In this document: positions 22,756-34,919 of the stretch, in pieces
Layout of the letters: every line of letters starts with the position of its first letter
How positions within the stretch are numbered: position 1 is the stretch's first letter
Assembly (NCBI GenBank): GCA_010909165.1
Contig: MU008186.1
Coordinates: 310,001 to 374,000, forward strand
Reading direction: 5' to 3'
Source: Anthoceros angustus
Taxonomy: Eukaryota; Plantae; Anthocerotophyta
DNA: 64,000 bases
Program-made: the position numbers and the translations under genes
The notes under the pieces: model-generated
Told to the model about the DNA's origin: nothing
Databases searched by the model: none
Seen by the model: only the letters and a program-made list of their open reading frames with translations

Positions 22756-23520
22756 GGCATGAACATGACGTCATGCATCCTGATGAGCGAGAACATCTGT
22801 TTTGGCTCCAAGTCCGATCGCAAGGAACCCATCACCATCTCGACAGGTACGTGGCCACCTAGCTTTTGCAAGCCATATTTCAAAGCATGATCGGATGGAC
22901 TGATTCAAAGCAGGAATCGTGCGTGGTGTGCACAAAGAGCTACCCAAAACCTTCGTCCCAAGATAGTAGAATCCAAATTCTACGTTCATTGGAAACCTGG
23001 AAGAAGCTGAACCAGTACAAGCTTTAGGGTTTCATTGCCTCTCGCAACCAATGGCTCATGGATTCTACGGCAGGAGCAAGTTCTTTTCCTGTCCAAGCAG
23101 AAGCACGTGCACTTCGCAAATCGCTCTGGTGCAATGCATGCTCCACAAGACTCCTCCTATCCTTGTGCCCTGCCAGGCCTGCGGAGTTGCTCTTCGGAAT
23201 TCTCTGCCGTCTTTGTCGGTTGAGGCTTGAGCTGTGATTTACACCAGCTTAGCACGTTTTCTAAGCTTGGGGTTTCTGCCACCGCCCCTCGAAGCCGGGT
23301 GACCTTTACAGTTCTTGGAGCTTTCGACTTTGTTCTTCCTGCAAGCTAGCTGTATTTATGCACGGTACTGGTCTTCTCGGTGACCTTTCTCTGGCGGGTC
23401 TGCCTGTTGTCCTGGTATCTGGTGTTGCTTGGTTGGTCGCTTCCTTGTGGCCCTGCGTCATGCTCATGTTGTGGCTGGAGATGGATGCATTCTAACTTGA
23501 CACAGATGGTGGTGTAGTAG

Positions 23521-24753
23521 ATGGGTGAGTTCCAGCATCACGTGGTCTATCCCCTAATGGGGGATCGACGTGTGAGAAGGGATGCTGACCGAGGAGCAAA
23601 AGGAAGCTCAGTTTCCATGAGCAGCGAGTTGTGGACACGTCTTCCGGCACAACTTGTGGAGAGAGTGTTGTTGTTTTTGCCTGCAGAAGCCCAGAGCCGC
23701 CTTCAACTGGTATGTAAAACGTGGCGCTTGCTGTTCACTTCCCCAAGGTTCAGGGAAGACAGCACCTCACGGGCTCTTGCTTACCATCATCGTCTGTGCC
23801 TATTATGGGATCAACCTGCGGTATCGGCTAAAGCAGATCATCCTTTGACTGCGAATTTGAGTTTCATTCCGGCCAAGTTTTCTGACTTTTGGAGGTATTA
23901 TCGTCCGAATTATTTCGGTTTCTACAACTCCAATTTATCATGGGTATGGTACACAAAACAGGATGGCAAATTATGGTTATGTCTTGTGAATTTGGAGGAG
24001 AAGACATGTATAGAATTGCCTCCACTGTCGCTCCGTCCACTGTCTCCATCGTCAAAGGAATTGCGAGTGGAATTCGTTGGGAAGGTTATGCAAGAACCTG
24101 GAAGTGTGTTCTTTCATATAACAGTCCTGCTAAATGACTTTGACAATGACGATGTACTAATTATTGTCAGGTATTCAAGTCGTGGTGGGGTGTGGACTAC
24201 CAGGCAGCTTGATTTGGCCACGCAACGCAACCGCTACTGTTACCATGCTCTTCTCTACCAGGATAGTCGAGTGCAAGTTATATATGCCCAGGATGATGCT
24301 ATCTGTGCTGATAGTTTCTGGCAACTTGCCAGTTTCAGCATAGAGAACACAGGCGCTGGAGATTATCATTGCCTGGCAAAAGGCTCTTTGCCTCAAAGTT
24401 GCCTTCGCTTGAAAGACCGCCTGTTGGCACACAATCGCGGCATATTCTGTATTCGATTGGGTGACTCCTCGGGCATGAGGAGAACCATCAGCATTTTCTT
24501 GTGGACCATAGACAATGGCAAGCACGGAGATGAGTATGCCTCGAACATGGTTCGAGTCTCAGTCCTAACTGCCAACCACCTTGACCCAGAGATGCGAGGA
24601 AGAGACTGTGAAGTGGAACGCGTAGAGATGATCAACAACACAATTTTGATACTTCTTACCGGGACCTGTGGCTCCAAGAAAAACCCCAAGCCGTTCTTAA
24701 GAGTCATGGGTTACGATGTCCAAAAGAAGTCATGGCGACGACTGGTCTTTTAA
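23521..24753 (+). CDS. Intronless F-box protein with a divergent beta-rich (FBA/Kelch-like) C-terminus
   Basis: F-box LWTRLPAQLVERVLLFLPAEAQSRLQLVCKTWRLLFTSPRF; LCLVNLEEKTCIELPPL, RYSSRGGVW and GYDVQKKSWRRL blade-like motifs; 410-aa open frame. Confidence 0.85.
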   Translation: MGEFQHHVVYPLMGDRRVRRDADRGAKGSSVSMSSELWTRLPAQLVERVLLFLPAEAQSRLQLVCKTWRLLFTSPRFREDSTSRALAYHHRLCLLWDQPAVSAKADHPLTANLSFIPAKFSDFWRYYRPNYFGFYNSNLSWVWYTKQDGKLWLCLVNLEEKTCIELPPLSLRPLSPSSKELRVEFVGKVMQEPGSVFFHITVLLNDFDNDDVLIIVRYSSRGGVWTTRQLDLATQRNRYCYHALLYQDSRVQVIYAQDDAICADSFWQLASFSIENTGAGDYHCLAKGSLPQSCLRLKDRLLAHNRGIFCIRLGDSSGMRRTISIFLWTIDNGKHGDEYASNMVRVSVLTANHLDPEMRGRDCEVERVEMINNTILILLTGTCGSKKNPKPFLRVMGYDVQKKSWRRLVF

Positions 24754-24859
24754 CTGTTCTTCAAGCTGGAGTCGGCTTAAGATATTGAAAGCCACATTGC
24801 CGAGCAGTTGAACATCTAGACTTTCCCTCTTGTAAATAGCTACGCAGTCCAGTTGGCCT

Positions 24860-25156
24860 GCCTCTTCTTGTAAATGCGATGACTGAATAAATAGGCCTGA
24901 ATTTTGATGCAGCAACTCCGCTAACCTCAAGCACTGCTTCCAGCAACCGTCTCTGGCTGAGCTTTATCTGAAACCAACAGCAGCATCGCACAGATATGTA
25001 TGGGAAGCTTATCACAAAGTCGCCGACATCCAGACCATCCAGGAGCCCAGTCAAAATTTCAGAGCTTCGTATTCTGGCGCCACGGACTGATACTGGCCGG
25101 CCAAGGAAAGTCGCTCTGCTAGAACTCCCGAAACCATCCTTTAGATGGGTTTATCA
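24860..25156 (-). pseudogene. Degenerate HisRS copy 3 (end of exon 3, intron, start of exon 4)
   Basis: PSKGWFREF.., [50 protein letters not shown]; the intron donor is mutated (gtaagc to ataagc). Confidence 0.88.
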
Positions 25157-26096
25157 CTGTCAGCTGAAAGCTTGTCGGTTGGTGAAGTAGTCGACCCAGG
25201 AGTCGAAATTCGTCGACAACTTATATCTCAATCAATTTAGGTTGAGGGGATAGGGTCGTGGCAGCACACTCTGTAGGAACTGGATGAAGGTCAGAAGCAA
25301 GATCTTCTCCAGAGGTTGCTTGCTTCACTGCTTGCATGAGCAGCGAGCTAGTTGCAGGGAATGCGAGAGTGAGTGTGACAAATTCGTGGTGGAATTGAAT
25401 CTGCTGCAGAGTGCTGTTGGAATACAGGAGACGCAGCGAGGGTTCCTGGAGTTGGACTTCATTCTAGGAAGGTGGACGCAGGACGATGTAGCACCGTTGA
25501 ATGATCCGGGTCTGGGAGCCATGGTTCAAGTGCTGGACCAGGTTGTCGTGTGAGATTTTTCTTCCTATTCACCTCATAACCTTAGCTCAGAACCCGTAAA
25601 CCTGCCATGGCAGCGCATGCGCATTCTCCTGCTCACGCTCGTGCACTAGCATAGCCTTAACTTACAGACAGGCTCATGCTCTAGAGGAAACTAGCGCAAA
25701 CCCTGGCCAGCCTTGCATTCGGGGCTGAGATGATTTCCGTAAGCAAGGAGGGCCACCGGCAGGACATCATAGGCAGTCTACCATTCAACCTCTTATGGAC
25801 CTGCTTCTGGGATGCCAGGCCATGTGTATGGAATACCGATCTCGTCACCAAGCCAGGTGCGTGTGACAAGTTTTTTTTCTCCAGGATGCGCAGGCATCTT
25901 CAAGATTCCTTCATCACATACTGGCCACATCAGCGCACGACGGGCCGTAGGCACCACAAAGGTTTTTTTGTCTCGCAACTTGCCCCCTCGTGTATGGAAT
26001 CCCGATCTGGTCACACTGGGAGGCATGCCTATCCGAAGGCCATTAAGGCCTGCCACTCGTCGTACCGCAGGGCCCTAGGTGCCCATACCCTCCCTA

Positions 26097-26634
26097 CAGT
26101 CGGCCCCCCCTAATTGGGAATTCTATAAATGGGATTCCTCTCTAAATGGGACCTCCCATCCTACTCCCTTTAGTTTACAATATAACACATAGGACTTTTC
26201 CCTAAATGATAATTGGGACCTTTTGAAACATACATTCATGTTAGTTTTACCTCCTTAAATGGGATTTCTAATTTTTTTTACGAACAAAATTTAAAAAATA
26301 AAGAAAAAAAATGCATTATTTCAGAGCACAATAGACTTTTAGGTGTGATTGAAGACTCTTAAGCTAAGCTTTTTCCTTTATGATAGGCAGAGGTTTTTTG
26401 ATGCTGCTTAGAGAGGGTGCTAGCTTTCAAACAACTATATAAAGAACTGGTAAAAGTTATTTTTAGTGAAACCTATCAATCAAAATTTAAATTTTCTTTT
26501 TTTGGTTTTTTTATTTATTTTATAGTTTATAACATTTTTATTATTTTTAAATAGGAAAAATACAATCGGGACACCTCCCTTAACGGGACCTCTAAAGGTA
26601 CTCCGAACCAGTCCCAATTAGGGGGGGTGGACTG
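26097..26634. mobile_element. 538-bp Tc1/mariner (pogo-type) MITE nested in the MULE left arm
   Basis: TA|CAGTCGGCCCCCCCTAATTGGGA ... TCCCAATTAGGGGGGGTGGACTG|TA; TA TSD; AT-rich interior with taaatgggac subterminal repeats. Confidence 0.9.
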
Positions 26635-27280
26635 TATTTCCATGCACATCAAATGTACATCATGTGACCATGCCCTAAGATGTCTACCGCGGACTAAGAA
26701 GTCCCGTGACGCCGTATCCGACTCAAGGTTACATAATCACGGTTAGTTTGTCGAGTAAGAGATCCCGGGTTAGGAGATCTCAAGGATATGCTGAGGTATG
26801 TTGCCGTTCACCCTAGCAGCTAATGCCGTGTTTTAAGGGTTTTGCGTCGCCCGTAAACGGGGACCCGTTTACGGGGAGATGTCCCGTTTAGAGTGTTTTG
26901 TGAGGTGCGAGTTGTACAAGACTGGAGACCCAGTGCGGCAGAGTACAAGATGAGCAAAGTCTGAGACCCGTTGCGGCAGAGTACAAGATGAGCAAAGGCT
27001 TAGACCCGCTGCGGTAGAGTACAAGATGAACAAAGTCTGAGGCGCGAAGGTTGTGAGTGAAGGGAAGTGGGAGACATATGAACAGAAACATGAAGGGCTA
27101 TGTGCTCAGAAACACAAAGGGCTTTGGCTCATAACGAAGAAGAGCAAATACCTATATGCTGGGCTGCATAAGTCACAAGTTTGAAGACCAAAGACTGTAA
27201 TTACCGAGGAATTTTAGATCTCAGACTGCTACACAAAATTGTCATTTATTGCCCTTACAAAATTCTCATACTGTGTGTAC

Positions 27281-29834
27281 TCAATTCTCTTGTTGACTCC
27301 CCCGTAACTTAAGATTCCAAGATACAGTCTTCTTATTGCTTTTCCTCGGCCTCTCGTTAAATGACTTCAATCGCTTCAATGCGTTAGGGCCTTCGTTCAC
27401 TGAGAATGGTTGCAATGACTTTCTTGTCTGGCCTTTTTCAAGGTGTTGAGCTACCAACGTCCTCACCTGATGCATGGCTTGTTCCACAATAACAGCAACA
27501 TCAAAAGCCAACTCTTTGTGCTCATAAGCAGCATCTGAGATCTCCTTGCATCCTGCAACAATATGTCTCTTGTAGCTTCAAACTTTGATTTGGGCACAGG
27601 GTCAACCAATGGGTTATCTGAAAGAACAATATGTGGGTTGTTTTGGTCTTGTAACCAGAAGGACAGAGCCAGGTTTGTTGTCTCTGGCAAGGCTGTATCA
27701 CATGCTCCATTTATCCGAGAACTTTCCCGAGATCTAATAGTGCCATCTTTCTGCACACCAAGAAGTTGTTGCACACGAATAACATGCTTGCAAATGAAGG
27801 CCTCGAGACCCATGGGGCACGTACATGTAGCCCACGGTGAAAAAGCATGGTCTATGACATACCATTTTCCAAGCGAGCTAGTGCACAAGCACTGGGCAGG
27901 CACATGTTCAGAGTGTGGCAGTATGACTGAACTAATCGGAATACCTTCAGCACCTGCAAGTGCTGTCTCCTCTAACATCTCTTGCTTCTTGTTGCGAGTA
28001 TAACCACCTTCCTTTGTGAAATGTTGATACCAAAATGTCGTGCAACAACGCTCACAAGTCGGTGGAGCCCAATCCATTCGACGACCGCTGTCGGACTTGG
28101 AAACACATGCTCTCTCCTTCATGTATCTGTGGAAGGCTTCAACAGCGGAAGTGGTATTCTGCCCAGCATGTGGCAGCATCCTCGCATGGCAGAGCCACAT
28201 CACTATTCCAAAATAACAAGCAATTCAGTTAGAGACGAACAGGAGAGGAGGAACCAATTGCAAGTGCATGAACTTAAAGGTCCCATGGCACATACTTATG
28301 GTCCCGCCCCATTGTTCCTTGAAGTATTTAACAAACGCAATTTGCCTTTCTGCCCAACGTGCATAGAACAAGTCCAACATAGCTTCTGTTGTAGCCACGC
28401 AAATATCTGCAGTGAAAACCCATTGACATACATGATCTCACCAAGTTCACCCCAAATCGAGATCCTATCCGGCTCCGACCTTACCTTCTCCAATAGATTT
28501 TTCCTCCATGCCTTTCGCACGTGCCACAAATACAGCAAGATGGGCATATTACGAGTCCAGACTTGTTGAATAGCAGAGATTTCTGCCTGGCAGTCGTCCA
28601 CAAGGAAGCTGCTCGGTGTCCAAGTAGAATCATGTTGCTCAACCCGGACGCGTAGTGCTGACAACCATGCCACCAATGTTTCAATTGTTGCCTTCTGTGT
28701 GATAGCCCATGCTACAGGCACACCGTTTAAGTGCTGATCGAAGGCCATGACGGTGAACAAGTGGTATTTGTACTTGTTCATGCCAAAGGTTGCATCCAAA
28801 GCCAAAACATTGCAATTCCCATACTTAATCATAGATTCCAGCATGAAAGAAGTTTGGATACCTAAGGCAAAGGGTTGCTCCTCGGTGGATTGATAGAACA
28901 CCATGGAAGCATTCTGCCTAATCCAAATAGAAACTGAAGTTGAATCATCAGGGTGAAGTTTCCAATCACCTATGACCACATTTCTGGCAATGTTGATTAC
29001 ATCGTACCGTTCCAAGAAGTCATCCCAAATATTTTGATAAGGCACTGCTTGGTTTGTAACTTTGGTTTACAAAGCCTCTGTATGCCGACGCATGATCTCA
29101 TCTATGGAAATGTTACAGTAAAGGCAGTGTCTAACCAAATCTTTTTTCTCATCTGACAGCCAAGCAGCTCGGACATCTCGAGCCATGCCATGGTAAGAAA
29201 CTCCATGACAAAGGATACCTGCCATGTCGAGATGTTTGTCTTCAAAAAGCCCAATCTCTGCCATTGTTGGCCATAATAGTAACTGCTTCACTCGGAAGTT
29301 CGCTTGGCACCCATGTTTTACACTTTCCCCTCTGAGAACTTTGCATTTGGATGTCTGTGCCATGGATGGCCTAGTCAAGTCTGTTTGCATGAATACCTCA
29401 TGGCCGTAGGAACACCAGAATCTGTGACAAGAGCCATGAGTCAAGATCTTGATACAAAAGGATTTTACGCACAAGAAGAGACACTGCCACATTCAGCAAT
29501 AAGAAGACCAGACCTGGTGTATGTAAGGGCTGTGTGGACTGTAGGAGTATTGGGACGAGGTAAACCGTTGGGCCCTTTAGAGTCCTTCTTGTAGAACTTG
29601 GTAGCATGCTATGCATCAGATGCCATTCCTGCCACAAAAATCTTCTACTCTGTTAAACGGGATATGAGCAATTCGCACGATCTTCTCGTAACCTTGTGTC
29701 CACCATGAGTGCTTCTCACTTGATAGAACCCAATGGAGGTCGCTGCTTTTGAAAGTCCCAGCCTTCGGCAACTGTACAACAAATGGCACATCAGGAGGTA
29801 GTTCATCTACACTAGTACACAGATTTAGATCCAT
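27281..29834 (-). pseudogene. MULE transposase-domain + SWIM zinc-finger protein, frameshifted
   Basis: LALDATFGMNKYKYHLFTVMAFD..GVPVAW, FLVDDCQAEI, LWHVRKAW, TTSAVEAFH, SWIM CTC...CKH. Split over several ORFs by frameshifts and stops. Confidence 0.88.
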
Positions 29835-30560
29835 TTCAGACTAATCCTAAGTCTAAGCTTCTCCCTAATGTTGCTGGTAAGTGCTCGTTGGCTTCTAAGT
29901 ACAAGCTTCCCCCTAAACATCGGCTAGGCTTCCTCCTGCAAGATTTATGTAAGTGTTGTTTAATTCTCTAAGTGCAAGCTTCAGGGCAGCTCACATCTAT
30001 ATGGGTTAAGATGGCACAGATCACAACGAGGTTACAAATTGAAGGCTACAACGCGAGCTGGAATATTCTCTCTTATTGTAGGGGCCGATCGCATTGTGAA
30101 GATCGAGGTGGCTTTGCAAAGCAACTTGCGGCGGGAGCGGGCTGAAACTAAGTCTTTTGAAAATGTGTGTGCGGAAGGTAAAGATTTCCTTAACCCAGAT
30201 TTCCTACCTGAATGGTGGTAACCGTGATCTCATTCTACACCTCTACGGTCCGACGGAACGAGCTTGAAACCATGGTAGCATATGTACATAGCATGATCTT
30301 GGAAAGGCCATGGCTTGCCACGGCCGTGCGGTACGGTGAGTGACAGGCCTTAATGGCCTTCGGAACTTGATAGAACTGCACACGGGAGCGTGTGTGTGAC
30401 TTTGTGTTTTTTTGGTGTACGCTACAGAAATATGCCACGGCATCTTTCAGATACTTGCATACAATACACGTATAATACGTACCACATTAGCTTTTGTAGG
30501 TTCGTACGCGGGGCAAAAACTTTGTATGACATGATCATAGGCCTGGTGTTCCGATTGTGT

Positions 30561-30740
30561 CATGTACATGTTTTCTTGTTTAGGGTTTTACATGTACATG
30601 TTTTCTTGTTTAGGGTTTTACATGTACATGTTTTCTTGTTTAGGGTTTTACATGTACATGTTTTCTTGTTTAGGGTTTTACATGTACATGTTTTCTTGTT
30701 TAGGGTTTTACATGTACATGTTTTCTTGTTTAGGGTTTTA
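30561..30740. repeat. Perfect 30-bp minisatellite x6 containing TTTAGGG
   Basis: catgtacatgttttcttgtttagggtttta x6. Confidence 0.95.
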
Positions 30741-33214
30741 AGGTTTCGATCCAATCACCACATATATATGTTAGACAGGCGGGCAAGACACGCATACACA
30801 AAATTTTGTTCGCGTATGGCCCGCGTTGGCCGAGAAACTGAACGCAAATCCAACACCCTGTTCCTCATGCTGCATCTATGCCCGCTCAGAGTGACCCTGC
30901 GTCTCTTAGGAGACGGAACATGTGAGGCCAGCGGTTGCTAACGCAACCGCTGACAACCCTAAAGAAATGTGGATGCTGCATGACTAGAGATGGAATATTG
31001 CGTGTCGCAATGACGCGGCAACGCAAATGACCTACACGCAACCCTAAACCCGAGAGAAGAAAAGTTTCTATGTATCGTGAATTCTTTTCGTGCATCATGG
31101 GGTAGGTTGACGACATCGGGACACCGGGGGGCCGCAACCCCGACCGATGTGGTCATGCGTGACATACCGAAATAGTTCCACCGCTCCAATCTCGTCATCT
31201 ACTTTTCTTTTTGGAATTTAGGGTTTTTGTCAAACACACATACTCATGTTTAGGGTTTGCCTGCACCACACATGGACATATATATCGGATCGGACATGTC
31301 TCGGCCCCGGTGGAAGCCCCCGACTGTGGGCATGTTAGTCGTTCAAGACTGTGTCCCTTTCACTGTCGCGCGTGGCCCAGGATGTTACCATGGAACATGT
31401 TCGATCCGATGTTTTCCCCATCGTGCATCTGGTGTGCGTGCCAAACAAGGTGGCCAACCAAGCTAATGTCTACGGATGCAAATCGTGCAAAGCTTCCTCC
31501 CTCTCGCCACTTCTCGTATGAAACCAAACACAAGTGCGTGAAGGAAACCCATTGAAAGCTGGCATTACACATCCGAAGGTGCTTCATAGTCTCCACCTCA
31601 TCAAGCTCATCAAACAGGGCAATGTCACAACATCCTACAAATCCACTTCTAGTCCTACCAGACAGCATCTAGAGCTGCCGCATGCTGCCATTGAACAAAA
31701 AAAAATAAACATTCGAACGTAGTCTGCGCTCACACCTCATGGTGGGAGCACTCACAAACAAAAAAAACACGTCTCCCTACGCCCCGATCAGTCCCGGAAG
31801 AGCCTGAGAGCAGGCCCGCCATCCTCCTGTGCTTCGGAACTTGGCTCCTCGTCGAGCATACATGGATTCGTCGCTTGTGCTGCCTGATGGGGAGGGGCTG
31901 AATGTCCCTCCAACGCGGACATGGGAGGTGCACCCAGTTGTGTCATGGCAGGGCCAGGTGTAGCACCTCTAGGCCATCTGCCACAAAGGCCTGGATGGCT
32001 GTGAAAGCCAGTGGCGCGAGGCGTAGATGGCTCCTCCAGGCTATCTGCCACAAAGGCCTGGTGATGGTTGGTTTACGTCAAACTGATGGGCAGATGGGGT
32101 CATGCAGGATGGATGTGGGAAGGCCCATGTTCTGACAGCCCTAAAAAAGAAAACCTTGTGTGTCACAACCTAAAAAGAATCTTCACACGCCACACCACTT
32201 GACGACATCGGGACACGAGGGGCAGGCGCCCACGGCCGATGTCGTCAAGTGTGTGACATAAGAAGTTTTCCCGCCGTTTGCGGCGAAAAAACTTCTTTTG
32301 TCACCATCGAAAAAAACCCTAAATGGCTTCGTGATGAGATCGGTATTCTATACATTTGTACGTCTGTATCTCAACCTACTTCCTTAGCACCCTTCAATCC
32401 GAATTTCCATGACTATCATTATTAAACGCGTCTCACGAAAAAGCATCTTTCTCTAGCAGCTTCAACGCTCCTATTGGTTGTTCTCACCAATATCAATGGC
32501 AGTATTGTTGTCCAAGTTCCTTGAGGTTCAAGGTTATGCATTCGGAAAGTGTCAGAAAGTCCCATGCACGAAGCAAAACTCACAAGCTAATGAAGGGCAT
32601 TCGTGAAACCTGTTTCTCACAACCCAACCTCAGCGCACTGTTCAGCGAGTATGTGAAGCTGTATTCAAGGACTGTTCAACAAAGACACAAGAAAGGGCCT
32701 CAACAATACCCTCTGACTGGGATGTTTCTGATTTTGCAGCTTCACACACTCTCTGATCTTTGAAGAGAATTTTCCTTCTTTATGGCATCAAGCAACTCAT
32801 AATGGCAGAGAAACCAACGGAGAGGAGACCATTAAAACATATTAGAAGGCTGTTTTTGGCAACCAACGGAGAGGAGACCAGTAAAACATATAAGAATAAG
32901 AAACCTGTTTTTGGTGCACTGATTTACTGATCTATTGAATAGAAGAGGTGAGACAAACCCACTTACCATACAAGACTTTAGATGAAGACTATAGAGGTCA
33001 CAATGACAAGCAAGCATTGTGATTTTGAGATCACCCGTGCCAAACCCTTTGAAGGGCCATATGTGTTTACACTAGTCTGTGTTATCCTGAAAATCGTTCG
33101 TGATGGCCTCTGAAGACCGATTTTTGCAACCCCTTACATAGACCGTGTCTACCTAATAAGGCTGGATCCAAAGAGCCTGCTTCGGGAGCAGGCTCGGGCA
33201 AGACTTAATAATCC

Positions 33215-34096
33215 ATGGCGGTGAGGCCGAAGCTGTTGAGAAAGCGCCGTTCCGGCTTTGAGCAGGTGCAAGGTGTCCTTCCTTTGCTGTTCCGCGCGGC
33301 CGCCTTCGTCGGGCTCCCGCTGGCGCTCCTCTCTCTCCTGGCCTCTATTTATTGCGGCTCGCCTCTCTGTATGGGATCCTCCACTTCCAAGTCTGAGCCT
33401 GCTGCATCGTCCAGCTACGACGCCATGGCCAAGGTCGCTCCTCCTGTTGTGTCTACTCTCAGCAAGGTCCAGGGCATCGTGGAGAAGGATCCCCTCGTTG
33501 TTTTCAGGTGCCGCAAACGGAAGTCTTGTCGCAATTAGGTTCAAGAAGCGGGCCGGGCTCTGCTCCCGCTCCCGGTGATTGCTACGCCGTGACCTGATTT
33601 CCGCCCTCTGTTCTGGTTGCAGCAAGTCCTACTGCCCGTTCTGCAAGCGCGTGAAGAAGCTGTTTTCGGATTTAGGCGCCACCGGATCGGTGGTGGAGCT
33701 GGATGAAGAAGGTGTGTTGCGGAGTGTGCTTGGCTTGTTGGAGTAGATTCGGTGCTGCGTAATTGAGCTGGTGATTGAAAGGTGTGGAATTGTGTTTTTT
33801 GCTCGCAGCGGATGGAGATGCGATTCAAAACGCCCTAGCAAGCTGGACCAAGCAACGGACAGTGCCGAATGTGTTCATCGGTGGGAAGCATGTCGGTGGA
33901 TGTGATGGTGAGCTTCAGTTTGGTTCGGTTTTGATTTTGGCGGGGCATGGTGCGAGTGTTTCCGACATCTGCTCACGTTTTATTTTTTTTCGCTGTTGTG
34001 ATGGCAGATACTTTGCTACTCCAGAAGCAAGGAAAACTTGTGCCTATGCTTAAAGAGGCTGGAGCGTTGAAGGAGGAGTTGAATGTGTCTGCCTGA
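33215..34096 (+). CDS. Class I glutaredoxin (CPFC active site), four exons, alternative in-frame starts at 33215/33371/33426
   Basis: Exons ..33507, 33623-33711, 33809-33907, 34008-34096 give VVFSKSYCPFCKRVK...QRTVPNVFIGGKHVGGCD...GKLVPML. Confidence 0.95.
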
Positions 34097-34919
34097 GCGC
34101 TAGGTTCTTTTCATGTAGCATCGCCATCATGATTATCATCTTGGACGTCACAATCTTTATTGTACAGTAGTATCCTAGTGACCAGGCAGTGCATTGGCTC
34201 GTCATTTTAAATCAGGGGGCCTTCGTCTGGCAGAGGCTCGAGAGTCCGGAAGTCTTCCTGGCCCGAAGGTTTCCTTGTGTTGCGAATGCAGTACCCTTCT
34301 CTCTTGGAACTTAATAGCACTCGAATTGGCAACTTCTGCTTGCTGGCTCGAGCTGTAGCCACCAGGTCCAAATCCTAAGCATTCTTCCGGAATTTTACTC
34401 AATAATTGGAAGGTGTGAGATGTGGCAGCAGGCTAGTGGCAGTTGACAGCAGTTGACAAGGCCGCCGATTGGTCGATTCTCTAACAGGACTTGGAGCTCG
34501 ACAGTAGGAGGTTCTAAAAGTGCGGGTTGGCCCTGCTTTGGCCGATGTTCACGGACAGAGCCTGGACACGCATTCCGCAAGTTACGACCGTCAAGTGTCT
34601 AACGATCTTACAGTTACGGTGGACATGAACATGCCCGTTTCAAGTCTACCCGTTGCTTTGGCCATCCTGTTGTATGAATACATGTATTCTGTTTCCATCA
34701 TTATAACAGGAATTCTTTGTGAGGGGAGAAGATGATGGGGAGAGCCCATCCAAGCACAGGACATCTATTTCTTTGTGCCATTATTTTCGTTCTCTCTTTG
34801 TTTAGTAAATGATGATCACGTTCTCTATCTTTTTTGGGGGAATGGAGATTATGTTTTTTGTCTTCGTGGTTTCGGCACCATCGCTTCCCGGCAATGAGAT
34901 GAATATATGGATTTTTAGA

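Larger units (their letters stand above)
25825..32354 (-). mobile_element. Mutator-like (MULE) DNA transposon with imperfect inverted termini
   Basis: tgtatggaataccgatctcgtcaccaagcca (25825) is an inverted match to 32324-32354. A second inverted pair lies at 26031-26075 / 30320-30365. An internal MULE-SWIM transposase is present. No TSD was resolved, so exact ends are uncertain. Confidence 0.7.

Noticed and set aside
25284-25553. 89-aa ORF next to HisRS copy 3
   Set aside because: No motif, splice support or paralog recognised.
30390-30941. 183-aa ORF with (HVHVFLFRVL)n
   Set aside because: An artefact of the stop-free 30-bp minisatellite.
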